Positions 18,327 through 28,094 of a DNA stretch of 64,000 nucleotides are shown one piece after another. Source of the DNA: Bdellovibrio sp. (GTDB lineage Bacteria > Bdellovibrionota > Bdellovibrionia > Bdellovibrionales > Bdellovibrionaceae); NCBI GenBank assembly GCA_036677065.1, contig JAKFBS010000002.1, positions 480,001-544,000 of the forward strand, read 5' to 3'. The number at the start of each line of letters is the position of its first letter. Positions within the stretch are counted from its first letter, which is position 1. The notes beneath the pieces are model-generated. The model had not been told where the DNA came from. It did not search any database and saw nothing but the letters and a program-made list of their open reading frames with translations. The position numbers and the translations under genes are program-made.

Positions 18327-18980
18327 ATGAATAAAAAATCAAAATATTTTAAGCATTATAAAAATAAACCCTATCGTTATGTAGGTGTTGCGAAACACTC
18401 TGAAGAATTAAAAGACTATGTGATCTATGAATGCTTATATCCAAATGATTTAGCGACATTATGGATTCGCCCGAAAGACATGTTTTTTGAAGTCAGTGAA
18501 TTTCAGGGAAAGACGACTCCCCGTTTTGCACAAGTGCCCTTCGAAATCAAAAAATTCTCTGGGCTGGTTTCTGAAATTCAAGCACCGCTATTACAGCTTT
18601 GCCAAGACGCTTTCACAGATTTTGAAGAAGAAAAATTTAAACTGCGGTTTAAGAATCAAAAGAACATGATGATATTTTGTTTTTTCTACGAGCAAGAACT
18701 TGTGGGTTTTAAAGCCGGCTATGAATTAGATGAAACAAAATATTACAGCTGGATCGGCGCTGTCGCAAAAAATCATCGCCAATTAGGCGTGGCACATGCA
18801 CTAATGCAAGAGCAACATGCATGGGCTAAAACGAACAATTATACATTAATACAAACCAAATCCGATAATCGCCATAAAGAAATGATGCAGCTAAATTTAA
18901 AAGCTGGCTTTGATATCGTTGGAACAGAATTTACAAACCTGAGCCCTGTATTGAAGGTTCTTTTTGAAAAGAAACTATAA
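18327..18980 (+). CDS. DUF1653-GNAT acetyltransferase fusion
   Basis: FKHYKNKPY..AKHSE..VIYECLY..LWIRPKDMF..PRF, then GNAT HRQLGVAHALM..NLKAGF. Confidence 0.85.
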   Translation: MNKKSKYFKHYKNKPYRYVGVAKHSEELKDYVIYECLYPNDLATLWIRPKDMFFEVSEFQGKTTPRFAQVPFEIKKFSGLVSEIQAPLLQLCQDAFTDFEEEKFKLRFKNQKNMMIFCFFYEQELVGFKAGYELDETKYYSWIGAVAKNHRQLGVAHALMQEQHAWAKTNNYTLIQTKSDNRHKEMMQLNLKAGFDIVGTEFTNLSPVLKVLFEKKL

Positions 18981-18981
18981 C

Positions 18982-19800
18982 CTATTTCAATACAACAAAT
19001 TGTGCCAAGACATCGCCAGAAACTGATAGAAATTTGATAAGTCCGTTTTCAAAAGTCGCTTTAAAAAATGGAACCGAAGAACTGCTGTGCTTATAACGGT
19101 CGACAACAAAGTATTCTGAATCAGTGTATTTTTTTATGTCATCAACTGAAGTTTGAATCACTTTACGAAAACTGTAGAAAGTCATTTGTTGATTGCAAAA
19201 ATTAAAAGTCAGCATGTTTTTATCGCTGTTTTCAAAATCGCAACAATTAACCCACATAGAATCGACTTGACCCAAAAAGCGATCGTCATTATTACACTCT
19301 ACCAGTAACAACGGCACCCGGTGTTGACGAACCCTAAGGCCAATACTCAGTACGCCCTGCGAAGTTTTAAAATTTAAATGCAGCTTACTTTGGCAAAGGT
19401 TCTGACCAAGAACTTCAATGGCCACTTGATCTGAAAAATAAGTTTTAAATAATTCTCCTAAGCCAGAACCTCCGCCCGAAAGACGCAAGCCCGCATTCAA
19501 CATTTGTTCGTTTCTAAGTTCTATATCGGCGATTAAAACATCTGCCGACAATGCAAGACCCGAATACATAAAATTATCAATCAAACTAAAAGTAATTCCA
19601 AAACTATGTGTTTTTGAACCATAAACATGACCACCAACTGCGGCATCCAAAATGGCGACAACATCAGCCTTAGTTTTTATCGTCGCTAATTTTTCGCTCC
19701 AATTTAAAATTTGCGAATCATCAGCAATTTCTAATTTTTTATTAAGCAGATTCGAAAGCCTTTCGAATAATTTCTTGGTCATGGTTATAAATTTTATCAC
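18982..19800 (-). CDS. Hypothetical protein
   Basis: 272-aa ORF filling the gap; no motif recognised; start may be 19782. Confidence 0.6.
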   Translation of the reverse strand: MIKFITMTKKLFERLSNLLNKKLEIADDSQILNWSEKLATIKTKADVVAILDAAVGGHVYGSKTHSFGITFSLIDNFMYSGLALSADVLIADIELRNEQMLNAGLRLSGGGSGLGELFKTYFSDQVAIEVLGQNLCQSKLHLNFKTSQGVLSIGLRVRQHRVPLLLVECNNDDRFLGQVDSMWVNCCDFENSDKNMLTFNFCNQQMTFYSFRKVIQTSVDDIKKYTDSEYFVVDRYKHSSSSVPFFKATFENGLIKFLSVSGDVLAQFVVLK

Positions 19801-19880
19801 TTAGAATACAAAGTGATACTTTACCTGGCCTAGATAATCCTAAGAAATGCAATATTCGCTCTCAAAATTTGGAGCAAATA

Positions 19881-20798
19881 TTAGTTTTGCACACAACGAT
19901 CAAGACTCACCGTTTGATTTTTAGCAACGCCACTTTCGGTGTAAGAAAGGCTGGCTACACCACACCCTGTGATCGTCATTGAAAAGTTTCCCATCGATGT
20001 GCATGAACCTGTCCAATGTCCTGAAGTTGCACAATTACAGTTCGGTGTGCCCCAGGCCACTGAAACCGGTTGAAATGTGCAAGTTTCACCCGTGGTCGCA
20101 TTCACGATTTCCAAAGCTCCTGAAGCAGCACTTGATAAAATGCGGCTTCCACGCGTATTACCGGTGACTGTAAGTGGTGTTACAGTTCTGGTGTTAAGAC
20201 TTAATAACACTGTTCCATTAGAGCTTAATGAGCGATTAATGCCGTCATTCACGTAAGAAAAAACTCTGGTTGTACCTGAGCCTGTAGCCCAAGTCAGAGT
20301 CGTACCGTAGGTTCCGGTTTTAGTTGCAGACAACGACATGTTATTAGCAGCGATTGTGTAATTAGGCGTAATTCGAATCGCTTGGCCTGCACCTGACATC
20401 ACACAACTTGTGCCACCAGTCCAAGTCATGGCAACAGATCCAGTTAAAACATATCCGCCGATTGTACAGTTATTGAAATTTCTTAAAACTGAATTTGCTG
20501 AACAAGTGCTAAATTCAGCAGTGTTACAAGTGGCCGCTTGCGCCTGTGGAAATAAAGCGAACATCAAATTATCAACAGCTACATTCTTTGCAGGTGAATT
20601 ATTAAAAGTCGGTGCGAAATTTGCGATAGCCGTTGATCCGCGTCCAGCTTCATCAATTGTTGCCATGACATCACCAATCTGACTTGCGACTTCGGCAGGT
20701 GTGTTGGCTTCGCCAAATGAAATCTGTTCTGAAGCGCCACAACCCAAAATCAGGTTACAAACTATAGCTATTAAAACAAGCAAAAGTGTCTTATTCAT
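19881..20798 (-). CDS. Cys/Thr/Gly-rich lipoprotein
   Basis: ILGC lipobox, GGAG RBS, beta-strand-rich with many Cys. Confidence 0.75.
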   Translation of the reverse strand: MNKTLLLVLIAIVCNLILGCGASEQISFGEANTPAEVASQIGDVMATIDEAGRGSTAIANFAPTFNNSPAKNVAVDNLMFALFPQAQAATCNTAEFSTCSANSVLRNFNNCTIGGYVLTGSVAMTWTGGTSCVMSGAGQAIRITPNYTIAANNMSLSATKTGTYGTTLTWATGSGTTRVFSYVNDGINRSLSSNGTVLLSLNTRTVTPLTVTGNTRGSRILSSAASGALEIVNATTGETCTFQPVSVAWGTPNCNCATSGHWTGSCTSMGNFSMTITGCGVASLSYTESGVAKNQTVSLDRCVQN

Positions 20799-20953
20799 GT
20801 TTACTCCAAATGTTTTATAGAGCTAATTATTGGGCAAAATACCCCGATGTCATCAAGATTGTGTTATTACGCGCGGAGTGCATTAATTTTTTTTTGCAAC
20901 TTCTGCATTTTCATAGGGAAATAGGCCCACAACTACAGTGGAGGGGTTCCATC

Positions 20954-22027
20954 ATGTTAATGCGTTTCTTAATTGTTACTTTATTTTTTAGTTTATCTGT
21001 TCAAGCTTACTCACCAAAAGCAGGTTGGTTATCACAATTAAAATCAATCGATGATTTAGAACTAGTGGCAACTCCAGAACAAAATCACACTCCCCTGTTT
21101 GAAGCTTTCGCTAAAGCACAAAAAACTATTCGCATCGGCATTTTTGGAATCTCATCACAAGAGATGGCTGATCAAATTGAAAAACAAGTTAAACGCGGGA
21201 TCAATGTTACAATCATTTGCGATAAGTACTGTACGAATAATGAAAAACGCAAAGCTATTTTCGAGCAATTAAAAAAAGCTGGTGCCAACATCATGGTGGC
21301 CACTAATGGCTTTACAATCACTCACTGGAAAATGTTTGTGATCGATGAATCATTAGCTTTTGTTTCAACGATGAATTTTATTAGCAGATCAAATCAAATG
21401 CGCGATTTAGGCGTATTTACTGCGGATAAATCTGTGATCTCTGAAATTATCTCTGTCTTTGACCAAGATGTTAAAAATTCGGCGAATCAAACTAACACGA
21501 CACCTGAGTTAGTAAGCACTAATTTAGTATGGAGCCCTAACAATTCTGAAGCTAAACTAGTTGATCTGATTAATTCAGCTGATAAAACCATCGAAATTTG
21601 GATCGAAAACATGGGGCATGTAAAAATACACGCAGCTCTTCAAGAAGCCGTTAAACGTAAAGTTAATGTGCGCGTGTTAACCAGCGTCTGTGGTTTAGGT
21701 ATGTCAGGTACACAAGCTTATAAAAATCTAAAAGACTTAAAATCACGTGGCGTGACCGTTAAAGGAACCCCGTACCCTGCGACTGAAAGCATCCCGTATA
21801 TCCACGCAAAAACAATCAATGTTGATCATCAGGCCGTATTTTTAGGGTCTGAGAACTTTTCTGGAAATTCGATCAATAAAGCTCGTGAATTAGGAATTGT
21901 ATTCAGAGATGTCGCTGTTGAACAGAAGATGGCAGCCCTTTATGAAAAAGATTGGGCCCAATCTGTCGAAATTCCTGATTCGCATCCAGAAAAATGTAGC
22001 CCATTGACTGCAAATACGGAAGAATAG
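20954..22027 (+). CDS. Secreted phospholipase D family protein (two HKD motifs)
   Basis: HWKMFVID and HAKTINVD...GSEN; signal peptide; GGAGG RBS before ATG 20954. Confidence 0.88.
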   Translation: MLMRFLIVTLFFSLSVQAYSPKAGWLSQLKSIDDLELVATPEQNHTPLFEAFAKAQKTIRIGIFGISSQEMADQIEKQVKRGINVTIICDKYCTNNEKRKAIFEQLKKAGANIMVATNGFTITHWKMFVIDESLAFVSTMNFISRSNQMRDLGVFTADKSVISEIISVFDQDVKNSANQTNTTPELVSTNLVWSPNNSEAKLVDLINSADKTIEIWIENMGHVKIHAALQEAVKRKVNVRVLTSVCGLGMSGTQAYKNLKDLKSRGVTVKGTPYPATESIPYIHAKTINVDHQAVFLGSENFSGNSINKARELGIVFRDVAVEQKMAALYEKDWAQSVEIPDSHPEKCSPLTANTEE

Positions 22028-22031
22028 TCAT

Positions 22032-23849
22032 GTGACTATTCTTCATCTATTGTCTCAAAATCAACTGACTGGTGCAGAAGTCTACGCCAGTCAGCTTATC
22101 GATACCCAAGTGGCCGCGGGCCATAAAGTCTATCAAGTCTCTAATGGATTTTATTACCCGACAAAAGCTGAAAAAATTGAACTTAAAGTCGAAACTAAAT
22201 CATTTTTTGAAACCTATAATAGCGTAAAAAAACTTCGCGAGATCATTAAGAAACATAACATCCAAGTCATCCATGCCCATTCTCGTGCAGCTTCAAAGCT
22301 TGCAGACCGTGCCGCTTGCGGAACACCTGTAGGTTATGTAAGTACAATTCACGGACGCCAGCATTTATCTTTTTCAAAACGCTGGAAAAACATCTACGGC
22401 ACCCACCAGATCGCTGTATGCGAAAATATTAAATCGCAGTTAGCCGATGAATTTAATTACAACCCTGAACGCATTAAAGTGATCAGAAACGGAATCAGCA
22501 CAGATTTGTTTTTTCCAAAACGCGTTAACTCTGCAAAAAGCAAAACTGAAACTTTAAAGATTGCCATTATCGGTCGCGCGACCGGCCCTAAAAAAGCCAG
22601 AACTGAAAACACGATTAAATATTTTTCAGAGATTTTCACAAAACAAAATATCACGTGTGAAATTCACCTTATCGGCGCCAATGATAAAGATATCGACCAG
22701 GCTTTACATTCAAAGAATTTACACTTTCACCCGTCACAAAACCTACATCAGGGCATTTACGCGCAATTTGATCTAATTGTGGGCGCAGGGCGCGTGTGTA
22801 TGGAAAGCTTAATGAGCGGCGTGCCGACAATTGCATTTGGTGAAGCAAAATACTTAGGTTTAGTGAAAAAAGAGAATATCACTGAATTTATGCAATCAAA
22901 TTTCGGTGATATCGAAAAAGCTTCATGGGGAACACCAGAAGTAAATGTCGAACAATTAAAAATCGACATCGAAAATTATTATAAATTAAATATCCAAGAA
23001 ATTTTAGATTTAGCCAAGGTGACAAAACTTCACTTCGCGCTTAAAACTGTCAGTGATCAGATTCAAAAAATCTACGAAGCCAGCTACTTTGAAAAGAATC
23101 ACGGAAACTGGATTCCGGTTTTGATGTATCATAAAATCCCGAAGCAAGAATTAGATTCACCACATAAGATTTATGTTACGCAAAGCAATTTTGAAAAACA
23201 TCTGCAGTTTTACAAAAACCAAGGTTTTGAGACAGTTACTTTTTCACAGCTTAAAGAATTTAAAAATGGCACCCGTTCGTTTTCTGAATTTCCGAAAAAA
23301 CCATTAGTGTTAACGTTTGATGATGGTTATTGGGATAATTTCAATAACGCTGACCCGTTACTTAAAAAGTATAACTTCAAAGCTCAGATCTTTTTATTAG
23401 CCAATAGTGATATCTCGCACAATCAGTGGGATGAAACCAATGCTGAAAAAGGTGATAAGATTGTTGCGGGTAGCGATCGTAAGTTATGGCTTAAATCAAA
23501 TTTCGAAATCGGCTCACACGGTTTTAGCCACAAACGCATTACTGAAATGACTTCAGATGTGGCTTTTACAGAGCTAGTCGATTCAAAACGTTCGTTAGAA
23601 AAAGAGTTCGAACGCGAAGTGTGCGTTTATGCGTATACCTACGGTGATACCAACGCTGCCTGTGCAAGGCTTGCAGAAGCTGCTGGTTACGACTTCGCCG
23701 TGAATACGGATACTGGCGGATTAAAGATGTTTGATGATCCCTACCAGATTTTTAGAGTAAATATTTTTCCAGATGAAACGAAGTTTTCTTTATGGAAAAA
23801 AACCTCGTCTTGGTATCGTAAGAATTATTTCCGCAAGCGCGGAAAATAA
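22032..23849 (+). CDS. GT4 glycosyltransferase-polysaccharide deacetylase (CE4) fusion
   Basis: TGAEVY, IHAHSR, IRNGI, GAGRVCMESL; then PVLMYH, LTFDDGY, IGSHGFSH, YTYG. Confidence 0.87.
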   Translation: MTILHLLSQNQLTGAEVYASQLIDTQVAAGHKVYQVSNGFYYPTKAEKIELKVETKSFFETYNSVKKLREIIKKHNIQVIHAHSRAASKLADRAACGTPVGYVSTIHGRQHLSFSKRWKNIYGTHQIAVCENIKSQLADEFNYNPERIKVIRNGISTDLFFPKRVNSAKSKTETLKIAIIGRATGPKKARTENTIKYFSEIFTKQNITCEIHLIGANDKDIDQALHSKNLHFHPSQNLHQGIYAQFDLIVGAGRVCMESLMSGVPTIAFGEAKYLGLVKKENITEFMQSNFGDIEKASWGTPEVNVEQLKIDIENYYKLNIQEILDLAKVTKLHFALKTVSDQIQKIYEASYFEKNHGNWIPVLMYHKIPKQELDSPHKIYVTQSNFEKHLQFYKNQGFETVTFSQLKEFKNGTRSFSEFPKKPLVLTFDDGYWDNFNNADPLLKKYNFKAQIFLLANSDISHNQWDETNAEKGDKIVAGSDRKLWLKSNFEIGSHGFSHKRITEMTSDVAFTELVDSKRSLEKEFEREVCVYAYTYGDTNAACARLAEAAGYDFAVNTDTGGLKMFDDPYQIFRVNIFPDETKFSLWKKTSSWYRKNYFRKRGK

Positions 23850-23856
23850 TTAAAGC

Positions 23857-24159
23857 TTACTTTATTTCTTTCAGAATACAGGTCTTCTTAACGCATTTTG
23901 AGATCAACTTATCACGACCGGCAGGTGGTCTTAATTGTGAATAATTAGGCTGACAATTTTTATACAATTTCGAATAGTACAGATCATCGATTGACGAATA
24001 CTCGTACTCACCGTTCGACAAAGCAACTTTCTTACTCGTTGCAAGTATGACATTACAAATCGAAATCAACGCGCAATCTGAATCCTTTACGCAAACATTT
24101 TTGCTTATTTCGGCAAATATTGAATTAGAGAAAAATAAAATGAGAAAGAAGATTTTCAT
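23857..24159 (-). CDS. Small secreted Cys-rich protein
   Basis: Signal peptide; CVKDSDC...C...C...CVKKTC (6 Cys). Confidence 0.65.
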   Translation of the reverse strand: MKIFFLILFFSNSIFAEISKNVCVKDSDCALISICNVILATSKKVALSNGEYEYSSIDDLYYSKLYKNCQPNYSQLRPPAGRDKLISKCVKKTCILKEIK

Positions 24160-24222
24160 AGATAGCTTTAAGTCTAAAACTATCTATGAATTAAAATAAA
24201 CTGTTATTTACAAAACTAGATC

Positions 24223-26163
24223 TTAAAGCCCGAAAGCTTTAAGTGATTGAACCGCGATAACTGCAAGTAAGTAGGCAATAGCATTACTTCCCACTAGTTG
24301 TAGACCAGTCCACAACCAGCTGCCGTTTTCTTTCTTTAATACACCCACAGTCGTTAAACATTGCATGGCGATCATAAAGAAAATGAAAATACCAACTATT
24401 GATGCCACCGTGAAAATCGGTGTGCCATCAGCAAATTTTGCTTCTGCCATTTTTTCTAAGATAGGTGTTGTGTTTTCTTCGTCATCAACTTGGGCATTCA
24501 TTGATAAAGCTAAGCTTGATACGAAAACTTCACGGGCTGCAAAAGATGCCAAGTAGGCAAAGCCTACGCGGCCATCTAAGCCAAGTGGTTTAAATACAGG
24601 CTCGATAGCATTTGAAACTTGCATGGCATAAGTTAGTGGTGCTTGGTCTTCTGGAGTTCCTTCAGCTGCTTTTGGAAAAGTGGTAGCAACCCATAAGATA
24701 ACTGAAAGACCGATAATGATCGGACCAGCCTTTTTTACGAATGAAATTGATTTATCCCAAGACTGGCGAAGGATCGTCGAAAAACGAGGTCTACGGTAAA
24801 ACGGCAAATCCATCATTAAGCGCGAAGTCTGTTGGCTTTCAATCATTTTAGATAAAATAGCTGAAGCAACCGCTCCGACAACAATTGAACCAAAGTATAA
24901 CGAGGCCATCACAAAACCCGCAAGGATGGGGCTACCGTCTGCGAATAAAAATGAAATCAACAGCGCATAAACCGGTAAGCGCGCAGAACAAGACATAAAC
25001 GGAATTGTGAATTGCGCAATCATACGCTCTTTACGTGAAGTGATATTACGAGTTGCCATAATCGCAGGAATCGCGCAGGCAAAACCTGAAAGCATAGGCA
25101 CGAATGAACGGCCACCAAGACCTACTTTTTTAAGTGGCCCGTCGATTAAGGCGGCTACACGCGAAAGATAACCTGTATTCTCGAAAATACCGATTCCAAT
25201 AAAAAGAATAAAAATCTGCGGAACAAAAATAATAACGCCATTGATCGCAGCTAATAAACCATCACCGATAAATTCACCGAAAAGGCCAGGGATATGAGCT
25301 TTTGTGTAATCAATTGAAGTGGCCATGGCTCCATCAATCAAATCCATTAACGGCGCAGCCCACCAGTAAACCGAAGCAAAGAAAAGGGTCATAAGTGCAA
25401 AGAAAAATACATAACCTAGCACTGGGTGCAATAACCATTTATCAACATTAAGAGTGAATTCTAATTGTGATTGGCTTTGAACCGCAGCTTGAGCCGCTTG
25501 GACTTTTTCTTTCATAAAAGCATTCTCTTTTAAAAACTGAGAAATAACTTTTAGCTCCGCAACTTTTTGAGCTTCAGAGTATTTAACTTCATTATATTGA
25601 GATAGTTTTTGTGGTGTGTTTTTTAATAGAGCAACGATTTCAAATAAACCCTTACCTAAAACGCCATCGAACATTACAACATGCTCAACACCTAAGAACT
25701 TTTTGATTTCTAAAATGTTAATTTGTTGTTTTTCTTTAGCCACAAGGTCAGACATTGTTAGTACAACGATCACATGAGAATTCGGCTGAATTAAATGTTT
25801 AGCTAATAATAACTGACGGTTCATTTGAGTCGCATCAACAACTAGGATAACCGCATTGTATTTCACATGGTGAGAATGTTTTAGAATTCCTACAGTGACT
25901 TTTTCATCATCAGATTGTGGATCTAAAGAATAAATTCCCGGAGTATCTACGATACTGACAGGCTTCATATCAGCTTTAGTCGCAAGTTCATTTAGCAGTG
26001 AACCTAACGAGTATTCAACAGTAGCACCTGGGTAATTTACGGTTTTAAATTTTGAACCGGTAAGCCAGTTATACAGAGTGGTCTTACCAGAGTTTGGTGA
26101 GCCGACTAATAAAACATTACGTTCATTTAACGGAGTAAGTGTTTCTTCTACATGGCAAGACAT
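24223..26163 (-). CDS. feoB: Ferrous iron transporter B
   Basis: GSPNSGKTT, NYPGATVE, DTPGIYSL, PFMSCSARLPVY, AAREVFV. Confidence 0.96.
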   Translation of the reverse strand: MSCHVEETLTPLNERNVLLVGSPNSGKTTLYNWLTGSKFKTVNYPGATVEYSLGSLLNELATKADMKPVSIVDTPGIYSLDPQSDDEKVTVGILKHSHHVKYNAVILVVDATQMNRQLLLAKHLIQPNSHVIVVLTMSDLVAKEKQQINILEIKKFLGVEHVVMFDGVLGKGLFEIVALLKNTPQKLSQYNEVKYSEAQKVAELKVISQFLKENAFMKEKVQAAQAAVQSQSQLEFTLNVDKWLLHPVLGYVFFFALMTLFFASVYWWAAPLMDLIDGAMATSIDYTKAHIPGLFGEFIGDGLLAAINGVIIFVPQIFILFIGIGIFENTGYLSRVAALIDGPLKKVGLGGRSFVPMLSGFACAIPAIMATRNITSRKERMIAQFTIPFMSCSARLPVYALLISFLFADGSPILAGFVMASLYFGSIVVGAVASAILSKMIESQQTSRLMMDLPFYRRPRFSTILRQSWDKSISFVKKAGPIIIGLSVILWVATTFPKAAEGTPEDQAPLTYAMQVSNAIEPVFKPLGLDGRVGFAYLASFAAREVFVSSLALSMNAQVDDEENTTPILEKMAEAKFADGTPIFTVASIVGIFIFFMIAMQCLTTVGVLKKENGSWLWTGLQLVGSNAIAYLLAVIAVQSLKAFGL

Positions 26164-26372
26164 TTGAACTCCTGTTCATTTAACGCAAGCAATGTTTGGT
26201 GAAAACGAATCACCGTAACATTTGAGAAATTTAATTTTTTAATAATTTCAAATTCGACACCCGGGTACAATCCGAAATCAATTAGACGCTCGATCAACAC
26301 TTGATTGGCTTCAGGAGTTGCTTCAACTTGATTAAACCCATTTAACTTTAATAATGTGCTTTTTTCGTTCAT
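26148..26372 (-). CDS. feoA: Ferrous iron transport protein A
   Basis: ERLIDFGLYPG..LALNEQE; overlaps the feoB start. Confidence 0.8.
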   Translation of the reverse strand: MNEKSTLLKLNGFNQVEATPEANQVLIERLIDFGLYPGVEFEIIKKLNFSNVTVIRFHQTLLALNEQEFKCLAM

Positions 26373-26397
26373 ACGGTTTTGTAGCTTTCCTTGCTCT

Positions 26398-26418
26398 AAA
26401 TGAAAACGTTTTGCATTT
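26398..26418. promoter_or_regulatory. Fur-box-like palindrome upstream of feoAB
   Basis: AAATGAAAACGTTTTGCATTT, near-dyad resembling TGATAATnATTATCA. Confidence 0.5.
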
Positions 26419-26485
26419 AAGCCGCTCTTGTTGAAAACCAACTGACTTTATCGCCCTTCGTAAGTCTAGAAAACCCCTCCGCTGG

Positions 26486-26511
26486 TCAAGTCCTATAACC
26501 CTAAGTCCGAT
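26486..26511 (+). promoter_or_regulatory. Putative sigma28/FliA promoter
   Basis: TCAAG-N16-CCGAT, 9 nt before ATG 26521. Confidence 0.6.
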
Positions 26512-26520
26512 CTGGTTTAT

Positions 26521-27552
26521 ATGAACAACCGCATGCGACTTAAGACTTTCAGCTTGATGATCTTAGTGCTTACACAACTAGCAACTGCAACGGCGTTTGG
26601 CGAAGTGTTTCGCTGGCCAAAATTATGCGCGAACCAAACAGTGAGTGTCGAAAATAAATCGAACAAAGAACAAACTGTGTGGTTACAGGAGTGGGAAAAA
26701 TACATCGTTGATGAAGCAGATCACCTGATCCCAGCAAAAGGAAAAATTTATTTACAACTTTCACATGACCCGTCAACTTCAACTCAAGATTATTCTTTAT
26801 TAGCCTTAGACAGCCCAAAAGATTTAATCATCGAAACAAACTGCAACTTACGCGATATCGCATTGGGTGATTCCTTAGAAGGTGGCGTCGTTTATTATAA
26901 AATAAATCCGCAGGCTACGAATGAAGTTCAGCTTAAAAATTTATTTCCGGGTCGTAATACTTTTTACATTGAAGATTTAAGTTTTACAAAAAAATCAGCT
27001 CCGCTTGAAATTGATGTTGAAGGCCGTGAACTTTTTAAATTCACTTTAAAACCAGAACCCACTTCAATGTGGGTAAAAATCACAGCGCGTGAGCGTTTTC
27101 GCTCGAGTGTAAATACTTCTTCAACAGTTTTAAAACCTGCCTATGTCGAAGCACAACGTTCGGTAGCCTCTATTGATGAGAAATATTTTTTAATGGGTTC
27201 TAGTGATAATACCGGCGATCAATTCGTGGTAAAAATCAAAGATCCTGCGATGGTGCAAAAAGCGCGCGATCAAATCACGAATCCTAAATTACAAAAAATA
27301 GTTTTTGCGAAAATCATTTTAGGCCATCAAGGCTATAATCGTAACATGATTAAAAAAGAAAAAAGCTTTTGGTCATGGTCTGTGACTGAAGTCACAAATA
27401 TTTCTGATATCGGGAGCACTGCATGTAACGGTTTTCCGCAAATGTTAGAAGACCAAGCCGAACCTTGGGTTCGTGGTTTAGGCAAAATTTGTTTTTGGTC
27501 TTACCGAATCAAAAAAGAACTGACTTACGACGAAGTCACAAATCCTAAATAG
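26521..27552 (+). CDS. Secreted protein with C-terminal BP74-like domain
   Basis: Signal peptide; FVVKIKDP..KAR..GYN..WSW..ACNG..ICFWS..KEL. Confidence 0.6.
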   Translation: MNNRMRLKTFSLMILVLTQLATATAFGEVFRWPKLCANQTVSVENKSNKEQTVWLQEWEKYIVDEADHLIPAKGKIYLQLSHDPSTSTQDYSLLALDSPKDLIIETNCNLRDIALGDSLEGGVVYYKINPQATNEVQLKNLFPGRNTFYIEDLSFTKKSAPLEIDVEGRELFKFTLKPEPTSMWVKITARERFRSSVNTSSTVLKPAYVEAQRSVASIDEKYFLMGSSDNTGDQFVVKIKDPAMVQKARDQITNPKLQKIVFAKIILGHQGYNRNMIKKEKSFWSWSVTEVTNISDIGSTACNGFPQMLEDQAEPWVRGLGKICFWSYRIKKELTYDEVTNPK

Positions 27553-28056
27553 TTATTCTATAGTAGTTGCAGCTGATTGACCACGCGTCTCTTCAACTTC
27601 TACGGTTAACTTAGCGATGCCGTATTTTTTAAATTCTATGAAAAATTCTTCAGCTAATACAGAAGACAATTGCTCAACACTCGTATTTGAAATATCTAAC
27701 CAAATTACTTCTTCTTTGGGTAATGAATAAAAACGATCGCGGAAAGTGACTTCATAGTTTTTACTATCAGCTGATAATGTTGATTTCACATCAGGATGAT
27801 TTTTAGGTAACAACACATGTTCGTCCCAAATATCTAATCTGGCTTTAATGAACTTTTTAAGAACATTGAAATCCACCATGTAGCCCATTTTGCCCTGCGC
27901 GTCTGCAGCATTACCCACATCAGGCGCTAGGATAGAAACCACCACTTGATAATTATGGCCATGAAGCATTTCTGCAGATTTCTGGTCAAAAATTAAAAAG
28001 TGCGCCGAAGAGAACTTAAAATTTTGCTTAGATAAGCGTAATGAAGTGGTTTTCAT
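27553..28056 (-). CDS. 6-pyruvoyl-tetrahydropterin synthase family protein, PTPS-III-type (ExxHGH)
   Basis: FSSAHF..AEMLHGHNY, VDF, NTSVEQL, VEETRG. Confidence 0.85.
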   Translation of the reverse strand: MKTTSLRLSKQNFKFSSAHFLIFDQKSAEMLHGHNYQVVVSILAPDVGNAADAQGKMGYMVDFNVLKKFIKARLDIWDEHVLLPKNHPDVKSTLSADSKNYEVTFRDRFYSLPKEEVIWLDISNTSVEQLSSVLAEEFFIEFKKYGIAKLTVEVEETRGQSAATTIE

Positions 28057-28094
28057 GCTGACAGTATAATCTTTTTGAGGGTATATAACAACCC

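Noticed and set aside
20786..20953. N-terminal extensions of listed ORFs (also those starting at 4915, 26441, 49850, 63402)
   Set aside because: Downstream ATGs have a better RBS, signal peptide or coupling to the upstream gene; the extensions run through promoters or neighbouring genes
20954..22027. PLD-family defence nuclease
   Set aside because: It has a signal peptide and two HKD motifs, with no helicase or methylase neighbours
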